DNA of 64,000 bases from Felis catus. Lineage: Eukaryota. The translations under genes and the position numbers were made by a program. The stretch is from assembly GCF_018350175.1 (NCBI RefSeq), contig NC_058368.1, forward strand, positions 127,970,001 through 128,034,000, read 5' to 3'. The notes under the pieces are model-generated. The model saw nothing but the letters and a program-made list of their open reading frames with translations. It ran no database searches and was not told the DNA's origin. Of this stretch, positions 1 to 11,440 are shown in pieces; position 1 is the stretch's first letter, and every line of letters starts with the position of its first letter.

Positions 1-244
1 CCAGGTCCCCCTGGAGGAATCTGCTTTTGAACCAATTCTCCATATGATACTCAGGAAGCTTTTAGAACACCTAATGGTTGATCAGCGCTTGGGAATTTCT
101 GGTCTACATAATACACCTGGGCTATTAGTTTTCATTGTTTAGCCCTATGTATGCTAGCAACTTATATGTATGTTACTTATAAGTATAAGTACTTATAACA
201 TACTTATATGTATGTTAATCATATAAATACATACATATGTATGA

Positions 245-1100
245 CTTTTCCTGAGCTTCAAATCTGTTCATCTCAACAACATTCCTTAGAAGATCCATAA
301 GTATCTCAAATACGTGTCCATATATGAACTCAGCCTTTTTTCTTTCTTCAAACTCAAATATGTTCTTCTCCCTCCCCCCCGCCCCTGGCTCCCTCTCTCT
401 CTCATTTAATGGTACCACCATCCACCCAGGCCCTCAAGCCAAACTCCTGACCTCTTCCCTGATCACGAATACTCAATCAGTGATCACACCCTACTAGCAT
501 ACCTGGCAAACATTCCTCAGCTCTATCTTGCAGGTCTAGGACCACCAGGGTCTTTCCAAATTTTTATCTACACCATTTCTGTAGGTTCCTGCTAATAAGT
601 CTCCTTGACATCAACACTGCCTACTTGTCCCTCCACACATTATGTTTCACTGGCTTGTTATACTGAACCATTTGTAGCTGCCTACATGCTCCATGCTGGC
701 TCCCACTTCCATGTCTGTGTTGTCCATTTTTCCCCTTCCTCTTTCCCATATCCACTTTCTTCCATCTTTACTTGGCTACTACTGCTTCAAGGTTCAGTTA
801 AAGTGTCAAGTCCCCCTTAAAGAGTTTCCTGATTCGCCAACATCCCCAGCCCCACCCTCATTGCCAGCCTGAACCAATGCCACTGATCTCTCCTTCCATT
901 AATGCCTCCAGGATGCCCTCAATAGTATATTCGCCAAATTATACTGAAATGATCTCTGTTTCTGATCTCTGTCTCACTGCCACTCACTGCCACCCTGGAC
1001 TCCAAGACTCTTGAAGGCAGAAAACATTTCATGTTTGTGTAGACAATCACAACTGAACATATGCTCAATATATTTTTTTACTGAATTGTACTGAATTGAA
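245..1100 (+). mobile_element. Decayed L2 LINE 3' fragment
   Basis: C/T-rich L2-like body (ctctcatttaatggtaccaccatccacccagg...) ending in an L2-type tail (gctcaatatatt...actgaattg); boundaries approximate. Confidence 0.6.
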
Positions 1101-1249
1101 CTGCTTCCCTTGACTAGAATTACAAGAAGCAATGCACATTTTGTCTCTAGACTAGGAAGAATCAAATATTTTCTTTTGTAGTTTATACCCATACAAAACC
1201 ATCATCCTATTCCCTTCTCCTCCCACAATATGTTAACAGTAGTCCCTCT

Positions 1250-1465
1250 TACTCATTCACCAGGCATTTACTAGGCACCTGAGGTATGCAATGCACTGTG
1301 CCAAGGTCGAGGGCTACAAAGATAAACATGATAAAATGTCTCTCCACAAGGAGCTCACAGACTAGTGGGGGAGAGAGAGAGATAGTACATTTCACTAAGT
1401 GCTCTAATGGAGGCTCAGAATAGCTGGTGTGGGACCCAGAAGAGGCAGAAAGTGATTCATACACC
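1250..1465 (-). mobile_element. L2 3' end fragment
   Basis: cattcaccaggcatttactaggcacct...cactgtgccaagg matches the reverse-complemented L2 3' terminus. Confidence 0.6.
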
Positions 1466-2716
1466 TAATGGCTTCAAAGTCTGTTCTGAGTTATTCTGCT
1501 GTTACGAACACTTTGCTTTAAGTTATTCAAATGCCATTTCATAGACTGATATTTTTCCCCAAGTAGAGGAAAAGCAACACTACAGTAGGGACTGGTAGTA
1601 CCTTTCATCTCTTTTGTACAACTTGTCAGATCTCTGTCCCTAAAGACAGGTGGCTATAGAATTCTACACCCAGAAACTGTTGTGCAAATGCCTGTTGAAT
1701 GAACACGTGCAGGTGATAACCCTTACATAAGAGAACAGAAGCCACTTTTAACTTCAGCATAAATTTATGATAAAATAATCAACATTTTGGAAGATAGAGT
1801 ACATCATGTGGCTCCCAAGGTAACCCAATTCTTCACTTCCAAGGGTATGGATATGTGAAAATTTCAACACTCGCCTTATTTCAAAATAGTCCAGCTGAGT
1901 CATTTAGCAGCAAATAAATTACATTTCTTTTTGGATTCCATGCTTTGTGGCCTTTCCCACCCCCCCCCCACCTGAAATAATTGCAGCTCTCTAAAACACA
2001 AGTTTTCACCCTAAATAAAGGGCCAGGGACTTTGCAATTCATCTCTCACAAATGTTGAGTTTGTTACTTGAGCATACCTTGCTCTGGTTTGAGCTCCCTG
2101 CTGTAGTGAGGAAAGTTACAACAGAAGCGTCTTTTCAACAACTTTCCTAACTGTATCCCTCCCACTCCCTCATTAGGGTGCTCTTCCAGGCCCGGGCAGT
2201 GGGAGGTGACTAGAGTAGTTTTGTTGTGTGAATCATAGGACAGCATAGTGCATAGTCTGCTGGCCTGAGGCCAAGAAAGAAGGACCCTTTGGGATGTGTC
2301 ATCACCAGCTAAGTTATAACAGATCCATTGAGAGCCTCAGGACAAAAACCCTTGAGTCATCAAGAGGGAAAACAAAATGATGGTAAGACAATCCCCACAA
2401 AATCTCCAGTTTTAAGTAGTCACTATCTTCAAAGGATGGAGCTCACTGAAGCTTTTTTCGTTTTCAATATTTTCTTTCTCACATCAGATTAAAATAAAAG
2501 CCTACCACCATCTGAGTGCTTCTAAATTTGAGAAATATTTGAGTAATATTGTCATTGAAGGCTGTGGGATATATGCATAGACAGGGAGTCTACAAATCAT
2601 GCCTTACAAATCACAGTCGGTACTTTCCATCATGAGATGAGCTCAGTTGTAAAAGATAAACTATTCCATCCCACTGGTTAAAACAAGAAAAATATATAGA
2701 TGATGGATTAATTGGT

Positions 2717-2752
2717 GATAGGTAGGTAGGTAGTTGGGTAGGTAGATAGGTA
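2717..2752. repeat. (TAGG)n imperfect microsatellite
   Basis: tgataggtaggtaggtagttgggtaggtagatagg seen directly. Confidence 0.8.
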
Positions 2753-5454
2753 AGAAAGACAAAGAGAGAGGGAGCTGAGAGGTGACGAAGAGGAGGAGGA
2801 AAAGGGAGAGAGATCCAACTCATAGATCCTGGATTCTATTATGTATATGGTTTTCTCCATCTGAGCTGCAGAAGCAAAACTATCATCTCTAAAGAAATAT
2901 AAGCCAGATATTTGCAGAACTTCCTTTTTAAACTAGCCCACCCATTTTTACGTTAGCTGACTCCATTTATCAATTAGCAATGAATCCTACTTCTTATTTT
3001 TCTGCAAAATCTACATGGTGAAGAGCTCCCTTGAGCAAAATTACAACGTCCCTATTTTAATAAGTTACTAGGGACCTAGTAATACTACTATTTTAGATTA
3101 CGTGGTATACAATGAGAATTTGAAAAAAATAAACCAAAGATAAAAAGACGGGAAAAATGGACAGAGCCTCATGCAGAGCTTACTTAAGGCAGGTGATGAA
3201 AGTTTTTCTAATGAGACTTCAATTGAACAACTTTTATCCTGACACCAAGTAACTCAGTACCCTCAGGCTATCATTTCTCCCTGATTAACAATTGCTACCA
3301 AAGGAGTCATACCCTGCAGGCTACACAAACAGCAGAAAAACAAGGCAGAAAATGAAAAAGTTCATTGTTAATTGAAAGAAACATAAACAAGGAAATTAAC
3401 ACAACCAAGAAACCAAAGACTAGAAATAAAACCCAAACTTCTCAGTTCTCCACCCCTTAGACAGGGACAACCCACTTAGCATCCTTCAAGGGAATGAGCC
3501 CACTGTGGAACTGTCATTAACACAAACACAGTGAAAACCGTACATGCCGCTAAGTTTCAGTGGGAGCCAAGGAACAAGTTTTTAATCAAAGGTAAAATGC
3601 TCTTGTCCTTTTATGTTAAAATTAAAACAACAGCAGAAGAGAAACTGGACAAAGAATTTGAATTTTTTTTTCTGCTCAAGAATTTTACTATTTTACCATT
3701 TCATGATGGGTGTTAATGGTAACAGGCAACAATGTCAAGATCTATTAAGGCAGAAATTATAATACCCTTCTGCCAGGGGACAGTCATTTTCAACATACTC
3801 TTTCTCTTTGCTATTTGCATATTCATATATATGGGAGACAGAAACAAGTCAACCCCTCAGTAGGGTTCCTTTTTCTTCTGTTTTCATTCCTGAAGAGGTC
3901 TTTCGTGCATTGCATTCCAAAAGAAGAGATTTTAAGATACCATCTGAAGTAGAATAATTTACATTATAAATGTTTATTCAGAGAAGAAAAGGAAAGGAAC
4001 AGAATAAAATGGTGGGATGTCAGGAATTTTGGAATTTCCTGATTTCGTGACCTTGAGGAGTAAGGTAACCCTTTTGAATGTCAAGTTCATGGTCAATATA
4101 TATGGAGCTACTGAAACCAATACTGCAAGGCCACTGTGTAGACTAAATGAGAAACTGGGGTCAGCACATACTAAGCATCATACCTGCATGAAAGGAGGTG
4201 TTTCCTAAACACTAACTTCATTTCACTTTGTTTAGCCTCTACTTGAGTAAGCAAGGATTGGTTTTTTTAGGAAACTCAGATTTTACTAATGTTGCAAAAC
4301 TGTTTAATTAACAATAGATTTTTTTTTTTCCCCAGGAGTATTATTCTGCAGTTACCCTGGAACAGATTAAGGACCCTGTCCTAATTCTCAGGACACTCAA
4401 ATGTAGTGCAAGATTTAATCTTTACTTTCTCTGTCCAAGCCTAAGCTCTTCCACAGCCCTTTCTAAGGTCAAATGGACATTTCAAATCTTACTTTCAGAG
4501 GTTTTAAATCCTTTTCACTCTGATACTTTCTTCTTCAGTACTCGTTGAATGAGCTTTAAAATGAACTCCATCACTCTGCCACAAGAAGTTAATTGTAAAA
4601 CCCACTCTCAACTGCAAGCACTGAGCAGCTCTCAAGTTTCTCAACAAATCTGAAAGCCCCTGAGTGTCCAGAAAGGACAAGCAGAGGACCCTAACGCACA
4701 GAAGAGAACTCACCTCTGTTTAGCATGATCCCCATGATTACCCAGTAGCTGCTCAGAGCTTAGTTGCTCTAATTGGAGCCTGTGCTGAATCACTGCCATT
4801 CATGTAAGTACCCATCTGGCACCTGAAATTAGATTTTGTTCCCTTTTCATTTATAATGGTGATGAGTGATGGAAGTACCTAACAGCAAAACCCCTAAAAG
4901 ATTATTTTGCTAATAGATGAATTTCTCAGTGGAAATGGAAATGGCAGTTTCTTTTCTAAGGATCTGGCTATCTTTTATCACCCAATGGTTTATTAGCTCA
5001 ATTTTTCAAAAGGACAATACTACTTGGGACGCTGGAGTTTTTATCTTTAAAAATCTCTTTAATTCACTGAAGAAGTAATATAAGGTAAAACATATAATTT
5101 GCAAAATAAAATCAAATTTAATGTCTGAAATCTAAGTAGCCAAGGACAACACATTTGTAGTAAAAAAGGTATTTAAGTTTCCAGCTCATCTAAAACCTTG
5201 TCATCTGAAAATAGTATCACTCCATACCATACTATGCCACAAAGATATTGTTATTAATCATTTTATTCTCAAATATTATTTGGGAAAGAGCTGGTTAGAC
5301 CACAACAATAGCTAGAATTCTCAATATTTTGGGGTGACACCAGTTTATCACTTATATTTAGTATAAATCACTATATTATAGTATCTCAGAACCTTAAAAT
5401 ATTACTGTTAACAATAATTATTATTTTTATAATTTATTTTTGCCTATTCAGCTT

Positions 5455-5672
5455 TTAAGGACCAAGACTATCCTGACTCTGTTACTTATTATGTGACTTT
5501 GAGTAATTTACCTGACCTCTTTTTCTAACTTAGTTTTTTTTTATTTGTAAACTAGAACTACAATATCCTGATTCATACCCCTGTTGGAAGGAATACAAAA
5601 TTCATAGAGATAAAGTGCTGGAAACTGTGATAGCACATAGCAAGCACTCATTAAATATGAGGCATCATTATC
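5455..5672 (+). mobile_element. MIR SINE
   Basis: MIR core (ctctgttacttattatgtgactttgagtaatttacctgacctct...tttgtaaa) and 3' end (gcacatagcaagcactcattaaata). Confidence 0.7.
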
Positions 5673-6469
5673 CTATTTCTTTCTTAGTATCGAGAAATTC
5701 TAATTTGTTTACAGTGAATGCACAGTAAATATATAATGGAGACCATTGTTTTGAAAATAATAATCCAATATATTTTTATTGCTTCTAAATCATGTTGCTC
5801 TGAAGATATCCCACACTCATTAAATCATTTACTTTAGCCTGATGAGGGAGAAGAGAAATTATTAAAACACCAGGTATGCTGAGGGAAAAACTAATCCATT
5901 TTAAATTCCAGAAGGGGCATACCCCCACCACTGAATTTCCTCACATCAACATAGGGCAGAAATACTGTTTTAGGCACGTGGGAGTCTAGGATACCACCCA
6001 GAAGACTCCCTGATGGGCCAAGTGACGCTAAAGGTAACCTAAAACTCCTATATGCCCCTAGTAGGAAAGGGGGTGGCTGACAGTGCTGGCTGGAGAGCAG
6101 GACTGTGATGGTTAAGAAAAGGTGCAGTGACACTAAAGAAGATAGTTGTCAGGAGGATTTCCCTAACTGGGGATGAAATAAGAATCCCAGCCAGATTTAA
6201 GGAAAACCACAGCTCCAGCAAGGGTTGGGTTTCTGCTGAGTGGGCAAAGAGACCTGTGTCCCCTAAAAGCAATTCTTGTTCTTTGCTCATGAAAGAGGAC
6301 AGAACAGGAGCATTAAACCAGTTTTAGGGAGGCCAGAGGGACATGGACTATATCATTGCAGAGATGAGTGATACAAAAACACTCAACTGGAAAACAGCAT
6401 ATGAACCAAAGCTCCCTTTCCCCAATGCTATGAGGACAAGAATAATTTCATTATTATAATCACAAACAT

Positions 6470-6660
6470 GTACCAGGAATTTACTGTGTGCCAGGCAACG
6501 TGTGAATCACTTAAAATATATTACTCATTCAATTCCCACAAAATTCTATAAAATTACTACCATTTTGATGCCTAATTTGTAGATGGAGAAACAAAAAAAA
6601 AAGGGGGGGGGGGAGACACAAAAAGTTATTTAACAGTCCAAGATGCCATGGCTAGTAACC
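6470..6660 (-). mobile_element. MIR SINE
   Basis: ttactgtgtgccaggca...ctaatttgtagatggagaaac: reverse-strand MIR pattern. Confidence 0.6.
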
Positions 6661-6939
6661 TGTGAATTCAGAAAACCTGTTTCCTCCTGCACCCAAAAAG
6701 CATTTTGTTTTTTAGGTAAGGGGCAAGAACTAATTGAAAAGGAGAAACACAATCTTGATCTAGAGCTAAACTTTGAACTGAATACTTACCCAACAGAAAC
6801 CATTCTAATGCCTAAAAGAACTAAAATTAAGGGTTTTTTTTTTTTTTCACCTTTATCAGCGGGAAAAGTACTCCCAGAGACAGAAGACTGATTATAGGAA
6901 ATAAGCCACAGTGTTTCTATATCTAAATTATACTGAGTT

Positions 6940-7129
6940 GGGGCACTTGGGTGACTCAGTTGGTTGAGCATTGGACTGTTGATTTGGGTTCAGGTGATGA
7001 TCCAAAAGTCATAGGATCAAGCCCTGCAGAGGGCTTCACTCTGAGCATGGAGCCTGCTAAACATTCTCTCTCTCTTTCCCTTTGCCTCTCTCTCTAAAAT
7101 TAAAGACAAAACAAAACAAAAAAAAAAAA
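6940..7129 (+). mobile_element. Can-SINE, older subfamily
   Basis: ggggcacttgggtgactcagttggttgagc tRNA-like head, (CT)n tract, A-rich tail. Confidence 0.9.
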
Positions 7130-7519
7130 GTAGTGAGTCAATAGTGACCCTATAATAAATGTTAGTCAATATAAGTACACCAAACTTCCAATATAAAGTG
7201 GAAATTTCACTCCATTTATTTCATTCACTTTGCTCCCAAATTCACTTTGAAGCAATCAAAGGAGTGCAGCAAAAGAAAAATCAAGGAAGGGTGCCATCAA
7301 TTTAGGGAATTTCTGTAAAACAGTCCACAGAATCCAGACTGTCCACTAGTCTATACACTCTGGAATGTGAGACAAGTTTAATAAGAAGAAATCTATCGAT
7401 AAAATTTGTCGTATCAATAGATCAATGAAGAATCCTCTCTCACAATGTGAAAAAAGTCAACAGTGAGTTCTGATTTTCAAGCTTTAATGAAAGAGGAATA
7501 TATGGCATACCTTCCTTAA

Positions 7520-10030
7520 ATACCCTGTGTCTTGCTTAGTGGTGAAAGACTGCAGACATGCCCATGAAAGTCAGGAGCAGGAGAAGGACACCCACAACCA
7601 TCACCCATAGTTAATAACATGTTTCAAGTGCTAGGTGATAAATACAACAAAAGAGTCATACATATTGAAAACGAGGAGGCAAATCTATAATTATGTTAAA
7701 GAAATTAGAAATTAAAAATACATGTTTAGTAAGGTGATTGATTACAAATCAGTATTTTCCTAGACCCAAACCATTGGAAATGTCATAGTTACCAAAAAAC
7801 CCTCGAAAACAATAAGCATGAAGATTTGGGGGTTTTGTTTGTTTATAAAAGTAGAGAGGAATATATGAAAAAAAAAATACCACTTTACGGAAGAGGATAA
7901 AAGGAGGCAAGAAAAGAAATAACAGGTTTCTGAGGAGGAAAGAACTGCAGTTCCAATCATCTACAGTTCCGATTGAAATAACATTTTCCTATTTATTTCC
8001 ACTTAGATTTTTTATTATAGAAACATTCACAAATGCACAAAGGCAGAGAAGATAGAGGACCCCAGGTACAGATCATACAGCAAACAGTATCAATGTTTTT
8101 CCCATACTGCTTTTTCTACCCTCAACATGCACTCCTCCCAATCTCCCTGCTTGCATCATTTAAAACATCATATAAATAAACATATACATTTATCTAGAGA
8201 ATTTCTGCAAAACAGTAATAAGGAAGAATTTCTAAGATAATTAAGATAATTTATTCTGGCATAAGAGTAGAAGAAAACCCACTGGAACTGAATAAAAATA
8301 CCAAAGAGACACAACTATAATAAGAATTTGATATTTGATAAAGGTAACAATGTAAATGGTTAAAGCATGGGTTAATAAGTCCTTATATTGGGGCAACTTG
8401 ATAATCACTTGGAAACAAAGCCTAATACATAACCTTCATATCGTAACAATAAATTCCACATGAATTCCAGGTATGATTGTGGAAAAATGAAGTCATGGAA
8501 GTACTAGAATAAGATACTCATAAATATTTTATTTCTTTAAGGGTAAGGAAGGTCTTTCTAAGCATTATATATGTCAGATTCATTGCTAAGTGTGTAAACT
8601 AAGAATATGATTGAACTAATTTTGAAAATTAAAAAATATGTATCAAAATACTTTTAAAACACAAAATACAAACTAGGAAAATATCACCTATTTTATGGAG
8701 TTACAACAGGAAGAACTCTTAAAAATCAGTAAGAAAAATATTTATTCAAAAGATACAGGAGTGCTGATTTGAAGGGACACGTGCACCCCAAAGTTTATAG
8801 CAGCGCTATTGACAATAGCCAAAGTATGGAAAGAGCCCAAATATCCATTGACTGATGAGTGGATAAACAATATGTGGTATATATACACAATGGAATATTA
8901 CCGGGCTATCCAAAAGAATGAAATCTTGCCATTTGTAACAACGTGGATGGAACTAGAGTGTATTAATGCTAAGCGAAATAAGTCAGTCAAAGACAAATAC
9001 ATTATTTCACTCATATGTGGAATTTAAGAAACAAAACAGATGAACATAGGGGAAGGCGATCAAAAAGTAAGATAAAAACAGAGAGGAAGACAAAGCAATT
9101 AAGAGACTCTTAAATACAGAAACAAACTAAAGATTGCTGGTGAGATGCTGGGTGGGGGAATGGGCTAAATGAGTGATGCACATGAAGAGGGGCACTTGTT
9201 GAGATGAGCACTGGGTGTTATATGAGCACTGCGTGATGAATCACTGAATTCTATTCCTGAAATCATTATTACACTATATGTTAACTAACTTGGATTTAAA
9301 TAAATAAATATAAATAAATAATTTAAGAATATGTCCCAGTAGAAAGGCAAATTCACAAAAGGTAAATTGAAATTTGAAATCAATGTATAGAAAAATCAAC
9401 CTCACTAGTAAACAATATAAAAAAACAAATAAGGAGATGTCCTACTTTGTCCGTCAGATGGTACATTAAAATTAAAAAATCACACTGAGTGTCAGAACAC
9501 TCATTTACTGCCAGTGGGAATATAATCAGTACAATACTTCTAGACAGGTATTTGGCAAATATATCAAAAACCTGATAAACATGCATGCCCTTTGAATCAG
9601 CAGGAGAAGGAGATCCACAGATGCACATTCAAAGACAATGCTCCAAGCATGGTTCGTAATAGGGGAAAAAAAAATGTGAACAAAGTAAATACCCAACAAT
9701 GGAGGATTATCTTAATTAGGATTGCTGTAAATATATAGTGGAATATTATGAGGCTATCAGAAATAATGATGGAGATGTGTATATAAAGATGTTCATGATA
9801 AACTGTTAAGTGAAAAGCACAGGTTACAGAACTGTATTTATAGTATGATCCCATTTCTATGCATATACCTACATAGAAAACAATCTCAAAGAATATACAT
9901 CAAAATATAACACAGTTTAGCTCTAGAATTACAGAAGGTTTTCTCCTTTTGTTTCTGTGCCTAATGTAAACTAGTTTTTCTACAGTGAAAGTGTGCTATT
10001 TGCATTATAAAATTAACTAACAAAAAAAGT
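7520..10030 (+). mobile_element. Old L1M(E)-type fragment, interrupted by a younger L1
   Basis: A-rich decayed L1 ORF2/3' motifs (tttgataaaggt, tttggcaaatatatcaaaa, tatagtatgatcccattt, tttctacagtgaa); boundaries approximate. Confidence 0.6.
8742..9325 (+). mobile_element. 5'-truncated carnivore L1 3' end (ORF2 C-terminus + 3'UTR + A-rich tail)
   Basis: ORF 8809-9027 TIAKVWKEPKYPLTDEWINNMWYIYTMEYY...NEILPFVTTWMELE is the recognisable L1 ORF2p C-terminus; carnivore-type 3'UTR (gatgagcactgggtgttata...aactaacttggattt) and (taaa)n tail. Confidence 0.92.
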
Positions 10031-10532
10031 ATATAGAAATATAGCTTTAAGTATAGCTTGCAACTAAAGGCCAAAGGTGTAGGGAGAAAGAGTGATAATG
10101 GAACTCTACAGTCAGGATTGGGTTGATGCTTCTAATGTGAACAATGATGCAGAATATCCCACACTTGTCTGCAGATCATATATTTCAGATTGCTAACTTG
10201 TATACCCTGGCTGCTATGAAACATGAAGCAGGCTTTGAAATTCAAGCATCATTTTGAAAATCAAGTATCATATAGAAATTCAAACTTACGGCCATTACAG
10301 TTAGTTCTCCTGAGTATCCACAAAGTTAGACAAAGCAAGGAATCTTAAAAAAATAATAGATGATGGACATGTTTATAAAAATGCACAATTTTTTTTAACT
10401 TGTCAAGTATTATTCCTGAAGCAAGCATTAGTTTACATGTTTCAGATACAAAGCTTAATGGAGTTAACTGTATACAAAAGCACTTGCCAAAAACATTTTT
10501 CTGTAAATTAAAAGAGGAGCAACCATATTGGG

Positions 10533-10750
10533 TTTTTTTTTATGTTTATTTATTTTTGAGAGAGACAGAGCACAAGTCGGAGGAGGGTCAGAGAGAGAGG
10601 GAGACACAGAATCTGAAACAAGCAAGCTCCACGCTCTGGGCCTCTGAACAATCAGCACAGAGCCCAAAGTGGGGCTCGAACCCACAAACCGTGAGATCAT
10701 GACCTGAGCCGAAGTTGAATGCTTAACTGACTGAGCCACTCCAGCACCCC
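10533..10750 (-). mobile_element. Can-SINE (felid type)
   Basis: Reverse SINE ending ctgagccactccagcacccc; TSD aaccat(a/g)ttg at 10521-10530 and 10751-10760. Confidence 0.95.
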
Positions 10751-10954
10751 AACCATGTTGTTTAACATGAACAGGCAGGAAGCCTCCAGGTGCCACACGA
10801 CCTCTCCCCCAGCCTGCAAGATCCTTGATCAACTGGAGCCTGGCCTAGCACTATGCCCAGGAGCAATCTGATTCCAAGTCAAGAGGCATTTACAGAGCTC
10901 TACATTAACAAGCACTTAGAGAAAAAGAAAACAGACATTGAGTGAGGGGCAGCT

Positions 10955-11160
10955 TCTTGCCAGACACCACGTCATTAGCTTATACCTCTTACTCAACTTA
11001 GTTCCTCAAAATCTGTGGAGGGGGGGTGGCATTACCCTCATTCCGGAGATGATAAAACCAAGCCCAAGAAAAATAAAATTCTCCCAAAGTGTCACAAGTA
11101 ACAAGTAGTAGAAGAGAGATTGAAACCCAAATCTCTCTGGCTCAAAGCTTTATGCACTAT
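10955..11160 (-). mobile_element. MIR SINE
   Basis: attaccctcattccggagatgataaaaccaagccca...gattgaaacccaaatctctctggctc: reverse MIR core. Confidence 0.6.
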
Positions 11161-11224
11161 TCAAAAGGCTGTAAAGACCAATTTGATTCAGGCACCCTAA
11201 AGCAACAGGAGGTTGGAAGGTGGG

Positions 11225-11440
11225 GAGGTTAAGCAAACAAGACTATTAAGCCAGAATGCCCGTGTTGAAGTCCCAGCTCTGTCTCTTGTTAGATGTGTGG
11301 CCCTGTACATGTTTCTCAACCTGTACTCAGTTTCCTCCCCTGCAGATTAGGGGTGATAGTAGTATCTGCCTCATAAATTGTAAGAATTCATAAAAGTTAA
11401 GTATAAAGGATTAGGGATTTTTCTTGACATGTAGTAAGCA
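11225..11440 (+). mobile_element. MIR SINE
   Basis: ggttaagc...cccagctctgtc...ctcagtttcctcccctgca...gatagtagtatctgcctcata MIR core. Confidence 0.75.

Noticed and set aside
8809..9027. ORF with a clear protein-family resemblance
   Set aside because: It is the C-terminal stub of L1 ORF2p in a 5'-truncated insertion, not a host gene
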